Source: an uncultured archaeon
GTDB taxonomy: Archaea; Asgardarchaeota; Lokiarchaeia; Sigyniarchaeales; SOKP01
Assembly (NCBI GenBank): GCA_964508365.1
Contig: CAZDTP010000007.1
Location: 43,507-107,506, forward strand
DNA: 64,000 nt
Direction: 5' to 3'
Each line of letters starts with the position of its first letter. The first letter of the stretch is position 1. Below, piece after piece: positions 50,436 through 60,273 of the stretch. Both the position numbers and the translations under genes were made by a program. The notes beneath the pieces are model-generated. The model did no database searches. It had not been told where the DNA came from and saw nothing but the letters and a program-made list of their open reading frames with translations.

Positions 50436-51074
50436 TTACATATTATTCTCGTGTTCTTTTATAAGATTCTTAATTTTAAAATATCTAAAAAAAGCTGTGG
50501 CTAATACTAAAAGCATGAAAACGAACAAAAATTCGTTTACATAACCGATAAAATTCGCTACCAACATCGTGACCACTAGATAGAATAACCTTTCGGATCT
50601 TGCCATCAAACCAAAATCAAAATCACCTTTAAAGAATACCTCTGCTCTCGCTCTTAAATAACTTATCATAATAGAGCTAAGAAATGATATAAGGATAATT
50701 ATTTTCATGTCAAAAATACCCCATAAAACGCTATTCCAGTTATAAATCAAAAGTGCTAAAAATATTACAAATTCACTTATTCTATCCATTAAAGAATCAA
50801 AAAATCCTCCAAATTTCGTTACCTTTTCTTGTTCCCTTGCGATTGCTCCATCAACTCCATCAAAAAAGCCAGTTACGAAGATAAATATTGAAAATAAAAG
50901 CAAATTCGATAAGAAAACGAGAAGAATGAAACTTATGATAGAAAAACTAAGCATAATAATCGTAGCTAAATTTGGACTTAAACCCACTCTACTTAGAAGA
51001 TGTGCAACCCTTTTGACTAGTGGTCTGAAAATTCTGCGAAGTCTAAATTTTGATGCCATATCTCGTATATTCAC
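50436..51074 (-). CDS. CDP-alcohol phosphatidyltransferase (archaetidylinositol phosphate synthase-like)
   Basis: DGVDGAIAR......FGGFFDSLMDR signature; SYLRARAE, RSER. Confidence 0.92.
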   Translation of the reverse strand: MNIRDMASKFRLRRIFRPLVKRVAHLLSRVGLSPNLATIIMLSFSIISFILLVFLSNLLLFSIFIFVTGFFDGVDGAIAREQEKVTKFGGFFDSLMDRISEFVIFLALLIYNWNSVLWGIFDMKIIILISFLSSIMISYLRARAEVFFKGDFDFGLMARSERLFYLVVTMLVANFIGYVNEFLFVFMLLVLATAFFRYFKIKNLIKEHENNM

Positions 51075-51278
51075 TTTGTTTTATGACTCTTTTTAATAAT
51101 CCTCTTCAGATTTTTCTTTAAAGCAGAAAGTATTAGGAAAGATTTAAAGATTATCTAATACCAAGAAATTCTTTTTATTTATATATTATACTTAATTATA
51201 CCATATATAATTTTTTTAAGGTAATAACTTTAAATAGCTTATAAGAAAGATTAAAGAAAAAATTTTATGTGATTTTTA

Positions 51279-51584
51279 TTGAAATTACGACTTGTACTAA
51301 AAACTTCAACCAAAAAAGATAAAGAAGTGTGCATTAAGCTTGCTTTACCTCCAAGCAAACATTACGGTTTTATAAACTTCATTAATTTAGCTTTAAATCA
51401 AGATAAACCCGTTTCGTTATCTTTCGAAAAAGTAAGTAAAAAAGGAGATAAAGAAGAAAGCAAAATTGTTGGAATCTTTAAATTTGAAGGAAAAAGCGAT
51501 GCTGAATTGAAGAAGATTGAGGAAGAAATTAAAGATCAAGAAAGAAGAAGGAAAAAACAGCACCAAAAAAGAGTTCAAGGCTAA
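51279..51584 (+). CDS. Hypothetical basic protein
   Basis: 101 aa with normal codon use and a charged C-terminal helix; no family recognised. Confidence 0.7.
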   Translation: MKLRLVLKTSTKKDKEVCIKLALPPSKHYGFINFINLALNQDKPVSLSFEKVSKKGDKEESKIVGIFKFEGKSDAELKKIEEEIKDQERRRKKQHQKRVQG

Positions 51585-51668
51585 ATTCTATTGAATCAAA
51601 AAATATTTCTCCTACCTTTTTACTTAACTATCAAAAGCAAGAGTAAAACCTTATCAATCTTAAATCCC

Positions 51669-52421
51669 TCATAAACTGAATTTTAGAAAGCCCAATTTTA
51701 TTAAATTCTTACATATATTGTAGACTTGCGCATGTTCTAAATCTAGGTTTTCCGTTATCTGTCTTATAGATTTTTTCCCATCGATTTGATAAAATACTTT
51801 TTGCGAAGTATCACCTGTCAAATAATATTTTGGATTAATTTTTTTTAGTGTTGTGAATCGGGGGATTTGATTACAGTAAGGTGGTAAGTTAGGTGGAGGA
51901 TCTAACTTACTCCTTAGAGCCTGTAAATTGGATTCTTCAGTTAATTTTACTTCTACGTTTTTAAACAGCTCAATCATTCTTTCCTTAAACCCTGTATCGC
52001 TTTCATTCAATTCTTCCTCTGCAAAAGTTTCTAAGACATTCTCAAAGGATTTGAATTCATTTGTATTACCTTTCCAATTCAAAACAACATCGAGGCTGAA
52101 TTTTTGTAAAAATGTTCGAGAAATTTTCCTTAAAATTCTTAGAACATTCACAGGTTTGGATTTTTCATCGTATGTGGCGATATAAATTAAGTTTGGAATA
52201 CCTGAGGCCTTTAAAAACGATAATTTTAAATCATTATTAGATAATTTCAATTCGCTAATAGTTCCTAAATCCTCAAAAGAGTCAGAAAAAGAGTTCAGTG
52301 CTGAAAAAAACCCAGAAACCATAAGTAATGAATCTGTTTCTGAGAAAATATTTTTTGCTATAGAAAAATTCTTAAATAATAGCGGTAAGCCATCTTTAAT
52401 AATTAAGAAATCATGTATCAT
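51669..52421 (-). CDS. Longin-like domain plus C-terminal winged helix
   Basis: MIHDFLIIKDGLPL...MVSGFFSALNSF...ISELKL longin pattern; C-terminal IDGKKSIRQI..NL.L....VY.ICK.LIKLGFLKF wHTH. Confidence 0.72.
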   Translation of the reverse strand: MIHDFLIIKDGLPLLFKNFSIAKNIFSETDSLLMVSGFFSALNSFSDSFEDLGTISELKLSNNDLKLSFLKASGIPNLIYIATYDEKSKPVNVLRILRKISRTFLQKFSLDVVLNWKGNTNEFKSFENVLETFAEEELNESDTGFKERMIELFKNVEVKLTEESNLQALRSKLDPPPNLPPYCNQIPRFTTLKKINPKYYLTGDTSQKVFYQIDGKKSIRQITENLDLEHAQVYNICKNLIKLGFLKFSL

Positions 52422-52637
52422 GAATTAAACTCGTCTTTCTTTATTCAGCTATTTATTAAAACTCAAATAAAAATCATCAACCTTGGTATCAATAAAATTT
52501 AACATCCAAAAAAGAAAAAAAAAAGTAATATCCTAGTAATATAAAAAAAATATTGAAATCTTTAAACGATATGGATATATTATTATTTGGAATTTGAAAA
52601 TTATTTACAATTCCTTAACTTTCAATGATAAGGTAAA

Positions 52638-53741
52638 ATGATAAGGATAAAATCTCCAGGAAGGATATGTCTTTTTGGTGAACATCAAGATTATTTAGAT
52701 TACCCAATTATTTCAATGGCTATATCTAAGTACATTTATTTGGAAGCAAAGAGAATTTCTGAAAAAAAATTAGAAGTAGGGCTGCCTAACTTAAATCAAT
52801 TCATGGAAATTCCGCTTAATAATGAGGAACTGGATTATGATTCAAAGAGAGATTACCTAATAAGTGGATATAATCAGTTCATTCGGAAAAAATTCAGATT
52901 CAATAAAGGATACAAAATAAAAATCACTGGAGACATCCCGATTAATGCAGGTGTTGCGAGTTCTTCTGCATTAGTTATCTGTTGGTTATATTTTTTAAAC
53001 TTTATTACTGAAAGAAAGTTAGAGCCGTTTCAAATGGCTTTAGAAGGGTATTATACGGAAGTAAAAGAATTTCAAGAAGGTGGCGGTATGATGGATCACT
53101 TTGCATCGGTATTTGGTAACCTAATCTTTTTAAAACCGGAAGAACCTAAACCTAAATTAAAAACATATGATTTCACTCTTGATGGGTTTGTTTTAGGAAA
53201 TTCTATGGAGAAGAAAGCAACCGTAGATGACTTAATTAGGACAAAATTTTCATCTTTAAAAGCATTTGAAATATTAAGTTCGATTTTTCCAAACTTCGAT
53301 CGTTTCTACACAAAATTAGAAGATATTAAGCCTTATTTGTCCAGTATAAAGGAAGAATATAAAAAGAAGATAATTGGAAACATTGTGAACCGGGATATTA
53401 CTTATAAAGCTAAAAATTTAATTGAGAATCACATTAATTTAGTTAAACAAAGAAGTAGCCCAAGTGTTGATCTTGATTTCTATCAAAAGCTTGGAACTCT
53501 CTTATATCAGCATCATGAGCAATTGAGGGACAATATTGGAGTATCCACAAGTAAAATTAATAAAATTATTGAAGATTGTCTAGAATCTGGAGCTTTTGGC
53601 GGTAAGATTAACGGTTCGGGATTTGGTGGAACGATGTTCGCCCTTTTTCCTAATAATGAACAGATTCTTAAGAAAACTATCCAAAGAGCTGGAGGAAAAG
53701 CATACAATATAAAAACAAGTTATGGAGTTGAGACATACTGA
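52638..53741 (+). CDS. GHMP-family sugar kinase (galactokinase-like)
   Basis: SPGRICLFGEHQDY, IPINAGVASSSA, GGMMDH, GAFGGKINGSGFGG. Confidence 0.9.
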   Translation: MIRIKSPGRICLFGEHQDYLDYPIISMAISKYIYLEAKRISEKKLEVGLPNLNQFMEIPLNNEELDYDSKRDYLISGYNQFIRKKFRFNKGYKIKITGDIPINAGVASSSALVICWLYFLNFITERKLEPFQMALEGYYTEVKEFQEGGGMMDHFASVFGNLIFLKPEEPKPKLKTYDFTLDGFVLGNSMEKKATVDDLIRTKFSSLKAFEILSSIFPNFDRFYTKLEDIKPYLSSIKEEYKKKIIGNIVNRDITYKAKNLIENHINLVKQRSSPSVDLDFYQKLGTLLYQHHEQLRDNIGVSTSKINKIIEDCLESGAFGGKINGSGFGGTMFALFPNNEQILKKTIQRAGGKAYNIKTSYGVETY

Positions 53742-54481
53742 AAGCAATAATACTCTGTGCGGGTCATGGGATGAGGTTACAACCTTATACTCATAACTAT
53801 CAAAAAACTATGCTGAATCTTCACGGTAAACCTTTTTTAGAATATGTTTTAGAAGGATTAATATTTGCAGGCTTTCGAGAATTCATTTTTGTGGTTGGGT
53901 ATAGAAAAGAACAAATTATTAAATATTTTCAAAGTGGTAAGAAATGGAATGTAAATATCGAATATTTTGAGCAAGAAAAGTTAGATGGAACTGGAGGAGC
54001 TTTATTACTTTGTGAGAGTTCTATTTTTAATAACCACTTTTTTTTAACATGGGGAGATATATTAGTACCTTATAAGATTTATAAAGAAGTAGTTGAGATA
54101 CATCAAAAAGAAAAGTATGATTATATTTTAGTTGCTAATTACATGGAAGACCCTTACTTAGGCGCCGCAATCTATAGCGATGGTAATATATGTACCAATA
54201 TAATTGAAAAACCACCGCTCGGAACCTCGAAGACTAATTGGAATAATTGTGGCGTATTCATTTTTTCTAAAAACATTTTTAATGTTTTGAGAAATCTCTC
54301 ACCTTCCGAAAGGGGTGAAATAGAAGTCCCTAAAGCTCTTTTAAAAGGGATAAAAGAACATCATTGGGAGGTAAGAGTTGTAGAAATGGAGAAAAGCCAA
54401 TTTAGAGTTGATTTAGGAGTTAAGGAAATATATGAACAATTAAAAGATGATTCATCATGGCTTCATTTTTTAAAAATTTAA
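53738..54481 (+). CDS. Sugar-phosphate nucleotidyltransferase
   Basis: (L)KAIILCAGHGMRL.P.T....K motif starting at CTG 53738; YFEQEKLDGTGGAL, WGDILV, IIEKP, SERGEIE. Confidence 0.88.
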   Translation: MKAIILCAGHGMRLQPYTHNYQKTMLNLHGKPFLEYVLEGLIFAGFREFIFVVGYRKEQIIKYFQSGKKWNVNIEYFEQEKLDGTGGALLLCESSIFNNHFFLTWGDILVPYKIYKEVVEIHQKEKYDYILVANYMEDPYLGAAIYSDGNICTNIIEKPPLGTSKTNWNNCGVFIFSKNIFNVLRNLSPSERGEIEVPKALLKGIKEHHWEVRVVEMEKSQFRVDLGVKEIYEQLKDDSSWLHFLKI

Positions 54482-54559
54482 ATAATAATAAAATGAAAAT
54501 AAATACATAATCAAACACTAGAAATATTTTATTTCAATTATGAAAGAGTAGTGGTCTAA

Positions 54560-56179
54560 ATGCGAATAAGAACAAGAAAAAATCTTTTAAAGAAAAATAT
54601 CGTGGTAACATTTTTGTTTTTGATCCCGGTAATAAGCTTTTTTAGTTTTATTGGTTTTGGTCTTAGTGTTCTCGACGATCTCGCTTCGCTCACTCTACAC
54701 CTTGAACCTCCAAATACCGATTTTTTCACTCCCTCAGATCAAATTATAGGAAACGAAACTTATTTAGATCAAATGGCTGATAAATTCGATTATCTGTTAG
54801 AAAAATGGCACATTCCTACTAATATAAGTATAGATGTTACATTCACCAATGCCTCGTATAACGAAGTTCAAAGCTATCATGGGACCGATAATGGAAATTT
54901 GCATTTAGGTTATACACTCGCTTCTCAATGCTTACGTTATAAATACGCATTGGATAATAGCGATTTAGATGAGTTAAATAATGCAACGCGTATGGTTAAA
55001 AATTGTGTTACAGGATTCAGCAACATGCTTGCTGCTCCTAATGGAGGTATTGGTCCAGATTACCCTGGAATGCCTGCAAGATTTGTATCTGCTCCAGAAA
55101 ATAGGAAATATCACGAATGGCTATTCCAAGATGATCCCCGACACTTTAATGGAACAGGAATATATAAAAATTGGAGAGTAAGACTACATACTTCTCGTGA
55201 CGAGCTAGCGGGATATTATCTGGGATTTGCTAGCGTGTTAAAATTCATCAATCCTGAAGCCAATGAAGAAAGCAGATGGTGCGTTGAAAGAATCAAGTTA
55301 TTAACAGCTCAAATGATAGAAGGCTTTCGCGAAACGAATTGGCTTGTGTTGGGTGGAGAAGGTGAACCTGTTGGATCAGATTTAAACCCGATATTAGGGG
55401 AGAGCATGTGGCAATTAGCCTTGCTTCGCATAGGAGCTACAGCTTATCCAGATAGATATGATTCGCTTTATCATTATGCAGCAACAAAAATCATGTCTAT
55501 GCACAATGGTCACATGGGATCAGCTAGTAATACTGCGTACGACACGTATGCTCTATCTTTTAGCATGGATGTAGAGTTTGCATTAATTATTTTAGAAGAT
55601 AACCCTCTAATTCAACACCATTATATAAGAAGATTCGAGGAAGGATTCTATAGTTTCCTAAGATACCACCGTAATGCCTTTTTTAATATTATTCACCTGG
55701 CCTTTATGAAAATGATTGATGATTCGGCTTTGTTTGAGGATTCTAGTTATACTGACGAAATAATAAAGTGGGATGTTTTGGATCAGTTGTGGAGATTTAA
55801 TACATCTGGATGGGGAAATGGGATAAGAAACTATAATTTAACCGTGAGACCGAATTCAACGAGAGCAACTAGTTTAAATCCCGCAATAGCCGCTATGGAG
55901 ATAGATCCGAGCAGAGCAAAGTGGGTTGAAATCTTTGAAAAAAACATATATGGGACTCTCTTCTCGTGGGTTGGAGAATTAATCGATCTCGACGATCCAA
56001 GCGATTCTCAATACACGCTCCCATTAACCATCTCAGAAATGGGCGTTCACCACTTTCTCTGGGAGCACAGCAAATTCTTTGGTACGGGAGGTAATCCAAC
56101 AGGAAATGGCTTGACACAAGTAATACCTAATAGCTATTTGGTCGTCTATTGGATGGGAAAAGCTTTTAATATATTCTAA
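54560..56179 (+). CDS. N-terminally anchored/secreted protein, possible (alpha/alpha)-barrel hydrolase
   Basis: 539 aa, single N-terminal hydrophobic segment, aromatic/acidic helical body (TDNG, TSRDELAGYYLG); function not recognised. Confidence 0.6.
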   Translation: MRIRTRKNLLKKNIVVTFLFLIPVISFFSFIGFGLSVLDDLASLTLHLEPPNTDFFTPSDQIIGNETYLDQMADKFDYLLEKWHIPTNISIDVTFTNASYNEVQSYHGTDNGNLHLGYTLASQCLRYKYALDNSDLDELNNATRMVKNCVTGFSNMLAAPNGGIGPDYPGMPARFVSAPENRKYHEWLFQDDPRHFNGTGIYKNWRVRLHTSRDELAGYYLGFASVLKFINPEANEESRWCVERIKLLTAQMIEGFRETNWLVLGGEGEPVGSDLNPILGESMWQLALLRIGATAYPDRYDSLYHYAATKIMSMHNGHMGSASNTAYDTYALSFSMDVEFALIILEDNPLIQHHYIRRFEEGFYSFLRYHRNAFFNIIHLAFMKMIDDSALFEDSSYTDEIIKWDVLDQLWRFNTSGWGNGIRNYNLTVRPNSTRATSLNPAIAAMEIDPSRAKWVEIFEKNIYGTLFSWVGELIDLDDPSDSQYTLPLTISEMGVHHFLWEHSKFFGTGGNPTGNGLTQVIPNSYLVVYWMGKAFNIF

Positions 56180-56272
56180 AAATTAATTTTTAAATATATT
56201 TTTGGCTACTTAAGAGAACTTCTCTAATTTCTTGATCTTTTAAAAAAAAAAATGAAAAATAAAGAGAGTTAA

Positions 56273-57565
56273 TTATTTTTCTTTAATTGTTTTATGTTCG
56301 TAATCTTCCTTCTTTAACATTAAGAAAGCACCAAGGCCAATATTAGAAACTATAGCCAAAAATAGAAACACTATTAGATAAGAGGCTGTAGCACTTAAAA
56401 TAATTCCTGTTAAAGACAACCCAAGAGTAGCACCTAAATTTGCGAAAGCATTACACAGAGAATAATAAGTACTACTCATCTCGGGATGCTGCTTTGAAAT
56501 TTCAGTTACTACAGCAGCGTAGCTAGAATGTCGCCACCCAATTGCACACCCTATTAATGTCGAAAAGAACAATAAAATAGGCCATTCTAATGGAACCATC
56601 ATTAGCAATAAAGCGATGGTAGTTAATATGTACGCAATATAAACGCTTATTTTTCTTGTGATTCGATCAGCGATTTGACCTCCAAGTATTGCTCCAATCA
56701 CCACCCCAATAGAAATTATCATAGTTAAATAGCCATTTACTAAGTATATATTTAAATCATCGCTAGGTAGTGAAAGGGATGTCCCACTCGAAGATAATAA
56801 ACCCATGTTTATTAAGATGAAAATTGAGACAAACAAAATACCAACAGAATCTACAATAGCTGCGAACAAAGAAAATCCGTAAGTTTTCCAATCTCTTTTA
56901 TTGTTGAACATTTCCTTAAGATGCTTACCAATTTTGGCTTCTGGGAATAACTTAGGCTCTTTTATCAAAACGGTTAAAAATGAACACAGAATAGTTAAAA
57001 TTCCTATAATGATAAACAACATCGGTACATTTAAGCTGCCGGTAACTACTAATAAAGCAAATAATGGACCTCCAGCTATAGCTCCTACGGACCTTAAACC
57101 CCAATTAAACCCTGATACGCGTCCTAATTTTTCCTTTGGTGTAATATCCAGCAATAAACCGTCGATAATTGTATCACCGAAAGCAACTCCAAGAAAAATG
57201 AAAATACCCATAATCGTAAAAACAGAAATGGCATTTTCTGGAGTAATCATATTATTTAATCCTAAAATGATCCACAATACTCCCGAAAATGATACCATGC
57301 TTATTATCCAAGGTCGCCTTCTCCCTATTTTTTTTAACCCAAATTTATCGCCAAGAATTCCATAAAAAATTTTAAAAATCCAGGGTAAACTAATTATTGA
57401 TCCCATAAACGCGAGTTTCGAAGCGTCTAGTACTCCAATAAATTGGATCAAATAAATTGGTATAATTACCGCGAATAGAGATTGATTAATTCCTTGGAAA
57501 AGGTAATTCACATTAAAAATAGCAATATAATAATTCTTAAATTCGACTTGTTCTCGTTCACTCAT
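56273..57565 (-). CDS. MFS transporter (AmpG/BT1-like)
   Basis: 12 TM; LPWIFKIFYGILGD...RRRPWI, DTIIDGLLLD, GGQIADR. Confidence 0.88.
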   Translation of the reverse strand: MSEREQVEFKNYYIAIFNVNYLFQGINQSLFAVIIPIYLIQFIGVLDASKLAFMGSIISLPWIFKIFYGILGDKFGLKKIGRRRPWIISMVSFSGVLWIILGLNNMITPENAISVFTIMGIFIFLGVAFGDTIIDGLLLDITPKEKLGRVSGFNWGLRSVGAIAGGPLFALLVVTGSLNVPMLFIIIGILTILCSFLTVLIKEPKLFPEAKIGKHLKEMFNNKRDWKTYGFSLFAAIVDSVGILFVSIFILINMGLLSSSGTSLSLPSDDLNIYLVNGYLTMIISIGVVIGAILGGQIADRITRKISVYIAYILTTIALLLMMVPLEWPILLFFSTLIGCAIGWRHSSYAAVVTEISKQHPEMSSTYYSLCNAFANLGATLGLSLTGIILSATASYLIVFLFLAIVSNIGLGAFLMLKKEDYEHKTIKEK

Positions 57566-57748
57566 TTTTTTTGTTTTAAATTTTAGTTAGATTCAATAAT
57601 TAAATTCTTAGAAGTATTTAAAATTTCCATTCTTCATATAACATCTACATAAATTGGACTCCATATCTTTTTAAATAAATAAATCATCTCAGTACTTACA
57701 AACAGATTCTAATAAGTAATCGTCTTAATTAAAAAGTGATAAGAAATT

Positions 57749-58315
57749 ATGTCAGATGAAAGATATAAGAATCGCTATTATTCTAAAAAAAAATATGAAG
57801 CTGCAATCGAGACTTTAGGTGTAGGTTTAGTATTTTTATTCGTTGCTATATTATCTCTATTTTTCATAGCATTTGGTATCGACTTTATTGGTCTTTCCGC
57901 TTGGGGTTATTGGCTTTTTATTCCTGCTTTCTTCATAATACTTGGGGGTTTTTCGCAGTATTATACCAATATCAAATTCCAAAAAGCTATAAAAGTTGCG
58001 ATACTTGACCGCGGTAATCAAGGTAACCATAAGTTAGAGGATATAGCTCTTGAAGTTGGAATTAAGCCTAAGGACGTACTTCAAGTTCTTATTGATCTAC
58101 GCCAAAAAGGAGTAGTCAGTTATCGTTTTAACTCGGATACAGGGGAAATAATCCTCGGTGAAAAAGTTGCATATATGAAGTCTGAAGATTATGTCGTTCC
58201 CCCTAAAAAACTTGAGGAACCTTTGGAAACTAAAGGAAAGGCATATTGCGTTTATTGTGGCCATCAATTACCTAAAGAAGGTAATTTCTGCGAAAATTGC
58301 GGTTCAAAAATATAA
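57749..58315 (+). CDS. Membrane protein with winged-helix (PCI-like) and zinc ribbon
   Basis: 2 TM, then LEDIA.EVGI.PKDV..VLIDL..KGVV...F...TGEI, then YCVYCG...FCENCG. Confidence 0.65.
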   Translation: MSDERYKNRYYSKKKYEAAIETLGVGLVFLFVAILSLFFIAFGIDFIGLSAWGYWLFIPAFFIILGGFSQYYTNIKFQKAIKVAILDRGNQGNHKLEDIALEVGIKPKDVLQVLIDLRQKGVVSYRFNSDTGEIILGEKVAYMKSEDYVVPPKKLEEPLETKGKAYCVYCGHQLPKEGNFCENCGSKI

Positions 58316-58416
58316 AACTAAGTATAATTTTTCCCCTTTTTTTTAGTCTTTTTATAATTTGAAAGTTTAAAAAGTATGTGAAGTTTAATCTTCATATTAA
58401 AGCTGAAATGTTTACT

Positions 58417-59454
58417 ATGAGTCAAAAAGTACTCACTTTAGGAGAAATAATGCTAAGATTATCCCCTCCATATTTTAAAAGGTTTACTCAAGCAAGATCC
58501 TTTGATGTAATATTCGGGGGCGGGGAAGCTAATGTTGCAGTTTCTTTAGCAAATTTCGGTATTTCTGTTGATTATATTACAAGATTACCTCAAAATGATC
58601 TCGGAGATGCGTGTATTCAATATTTACGACAATATGGAGTTAAAACTGAAAAAATCTTAAGAGGTGGGGATAGAATCGGGATTTATTTTCTGGAAATTGG
58701 AGCATCTGCTCGAGCGAGTAAAGTAATTTACGATCGTGAGAATTCTGCCATTGCGACAGCTGATGTAAGCATGTTTGATTGGGATGACATTTTTAAGGAT
58801 GTGCAATGGTTTCACTGGACTGGTATCACTCCAGCAATTTCTTATAACTTAGCAGAAATATGCCTTAATGCCGTTAAAGAAGCAAAAGTTAGGGGAATTA
58901 CTATATCATGTGATTTAAACTACAGAAGCAAATTATGGAAATATGGAAAAAGCCCCTTAGATGTTATGCCTGAATTAGTGAGTTATTGCGATATTGCAGT
59001 CGGAAACGAGGAAGATGCTGCAAAAGCTCTCAACATTCTTGCTCCAGATACGGATGTCACTTCTGGTAAATTAGATCCAGAGAAATATAGATTTGTTGTA
59101 CAGGAAATGATCAAGAAGTTTCCAAACTTGAAAAATGTTGCGATCACTCTTAGAGGATCGATTTCTGCTAGTCACAATACTTGGGCAGGGGTGCTATACA
59201 ATGGAAAAGAAATGTTTATTAGTCCTCATTATGAAATTACTCATATTGTAGATAGGGTTGGCGGAGGAGACTCATTCGTTGCAGGTTTAATCTATGGTTT
59301 TCTAAATTTTGAAGAAGATTATCAACAAATATTAGATTTTGCAGTAGCTGCCTCATGTTTGAAACATACCATTTTCGGGGATTTCAATCTAGTTACGGTT
59401 GATGAAGTTAGAAAAATAATGAAAGGAGATGTTTCTGGTCGTGTATCAAGATGA
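58417..59454 (+). CDS. kdgK: 2-dehydro-3-deoxygluconokinase-type PfkB sugar kinase
   Basis: GEIMLRLSPP, GGGEANVA.SLA, DLNYRSKLW, VDRVGGGDSF.AGLIYG, KHTI.GD.N, SGRVSR; ATG at 58417. Confidence 0.88.
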   Translation: MSQKVLTLGEIMLRLSPPYFKRFTQARSFDVIFGGGEANVAVSLANFGISVDYITRLPQNDLGDACIQYLRQYGVKTEKILRGGDRIGIYFLEIGASARASKVIYDRENSAIATADVSMFDWDDIFKDVQWFHWTGITPAISYNLAEICLNAVKEAKVRGITISCDLNYRSKLWKYGKSPLDVMPELVSYCDIAVGNEEDAAKALNILAPDTDVTSGKLDPEKYRFVVQEMIKKFPNLKNVAITLRGSISASHNTWAGVLYNGKEMFISPHYEITHIVDRVGGGDSFVAGLIYGFLNFEEDYQQILDFAVAASCLKHTIFGDFNLVTVDEVRKIMKGDVSGRVSR

Positions 59455-60244
59455 ATTTGCGAAGATGGTAATTACCGCAACTACGGCCAATTCCTGGATA
59501 TATCCCGATTTGAAGAATTGGGCTGAAAATACTGATGAGTTAATTGATGATGTAGTTAAGTGTTATGAAGCGGGAGCTGCTATTGCCCATGTCCATCTTC
59601 CAAGAGGAGAAGAAATAGAAACTGTCAAAAGAATTAGAGAAAGATGTGATATTATAATCCAAGCAGGAATGTCGAGTTATCCTATAGAAGAAAGATCGCC
59701 GGATTTTCATGCAAAACCAGATTTGCTTTCCGTTATTGCAAATCATCATGCAGAACATTTTCCAGAAGGGAGTATAAATGTCATTCATGATCTTGATGAG
59801 TTAGAGCAATATTGCGTCTCATGTAAAAAGTTTAATATTAAAGTGGAATGGGAAATATGGCATACTGGTTCTTATTGGAATTTGAAATATTTAATCGATA
59901 AAGGTGTTTTAGATCCTCCGTATGTCTTAACTCTTTTCTTTAATTGGCCTGGAGGAACATGGTCCCCACCTTCTGCAGATGAATATTTACATAGAATTAA
60001 ATATATGCCCGAGGATAGTATACACACTATAAGTGTTATGGGGAAGGAACAAACAAAAATTGCGGTATTAGCAATTCAGCATGGTGGAAATGTACGTGTA
60101 GGTACAGAAGATTTTCCATTTATCAAGGAAGGTGTTCCAGCTAAAGATAATGCTGAAATTGTGGCCCGAATGGTAAGAATTAGCAAAGAATTAGGGCGTG
60201 AAACTGCAGATCCTTCTGAGGCAAAAAAAATTTTAGGTATATAA
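59429..60244 (+). CDS. Beta-keto acid cleavage enzyme family (BKACE/Kce, DUF849)
   Basis: C.EAGAAIAHVH (Zn), GGNVRVGTED, NAEIVARMVRI..ELGRE.A.P.EA; the start may be 59465. Confidence 0.88.
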   Translation: MFLVVYQDEFAKMVITATTANSWIYPDLKNWAENTDELIDDVVKCYEAGAAIAHVHLPRGEEIETVKRIRERCDIIIQAGMSSYPIEERSPDFHAKPDLLSVIANHHAEHFPEGSINVIHDLDELEQYCVSCKKFNIKVEWEIWHTGSYWNLKYLIDKGVLDPPYVLTLFFNWPGGTWSPPSADEYLHRIKYMPEDSIHTISVMGKEQTKIAVLAIQHGGNVRVGTEDFPFIKEGVPAKDNAEIVARMVRISKELGRETADPSEAKKILGI

Positions 60245-60273
60245 ATAATAATAGGACCAAACTATCTATAAAG

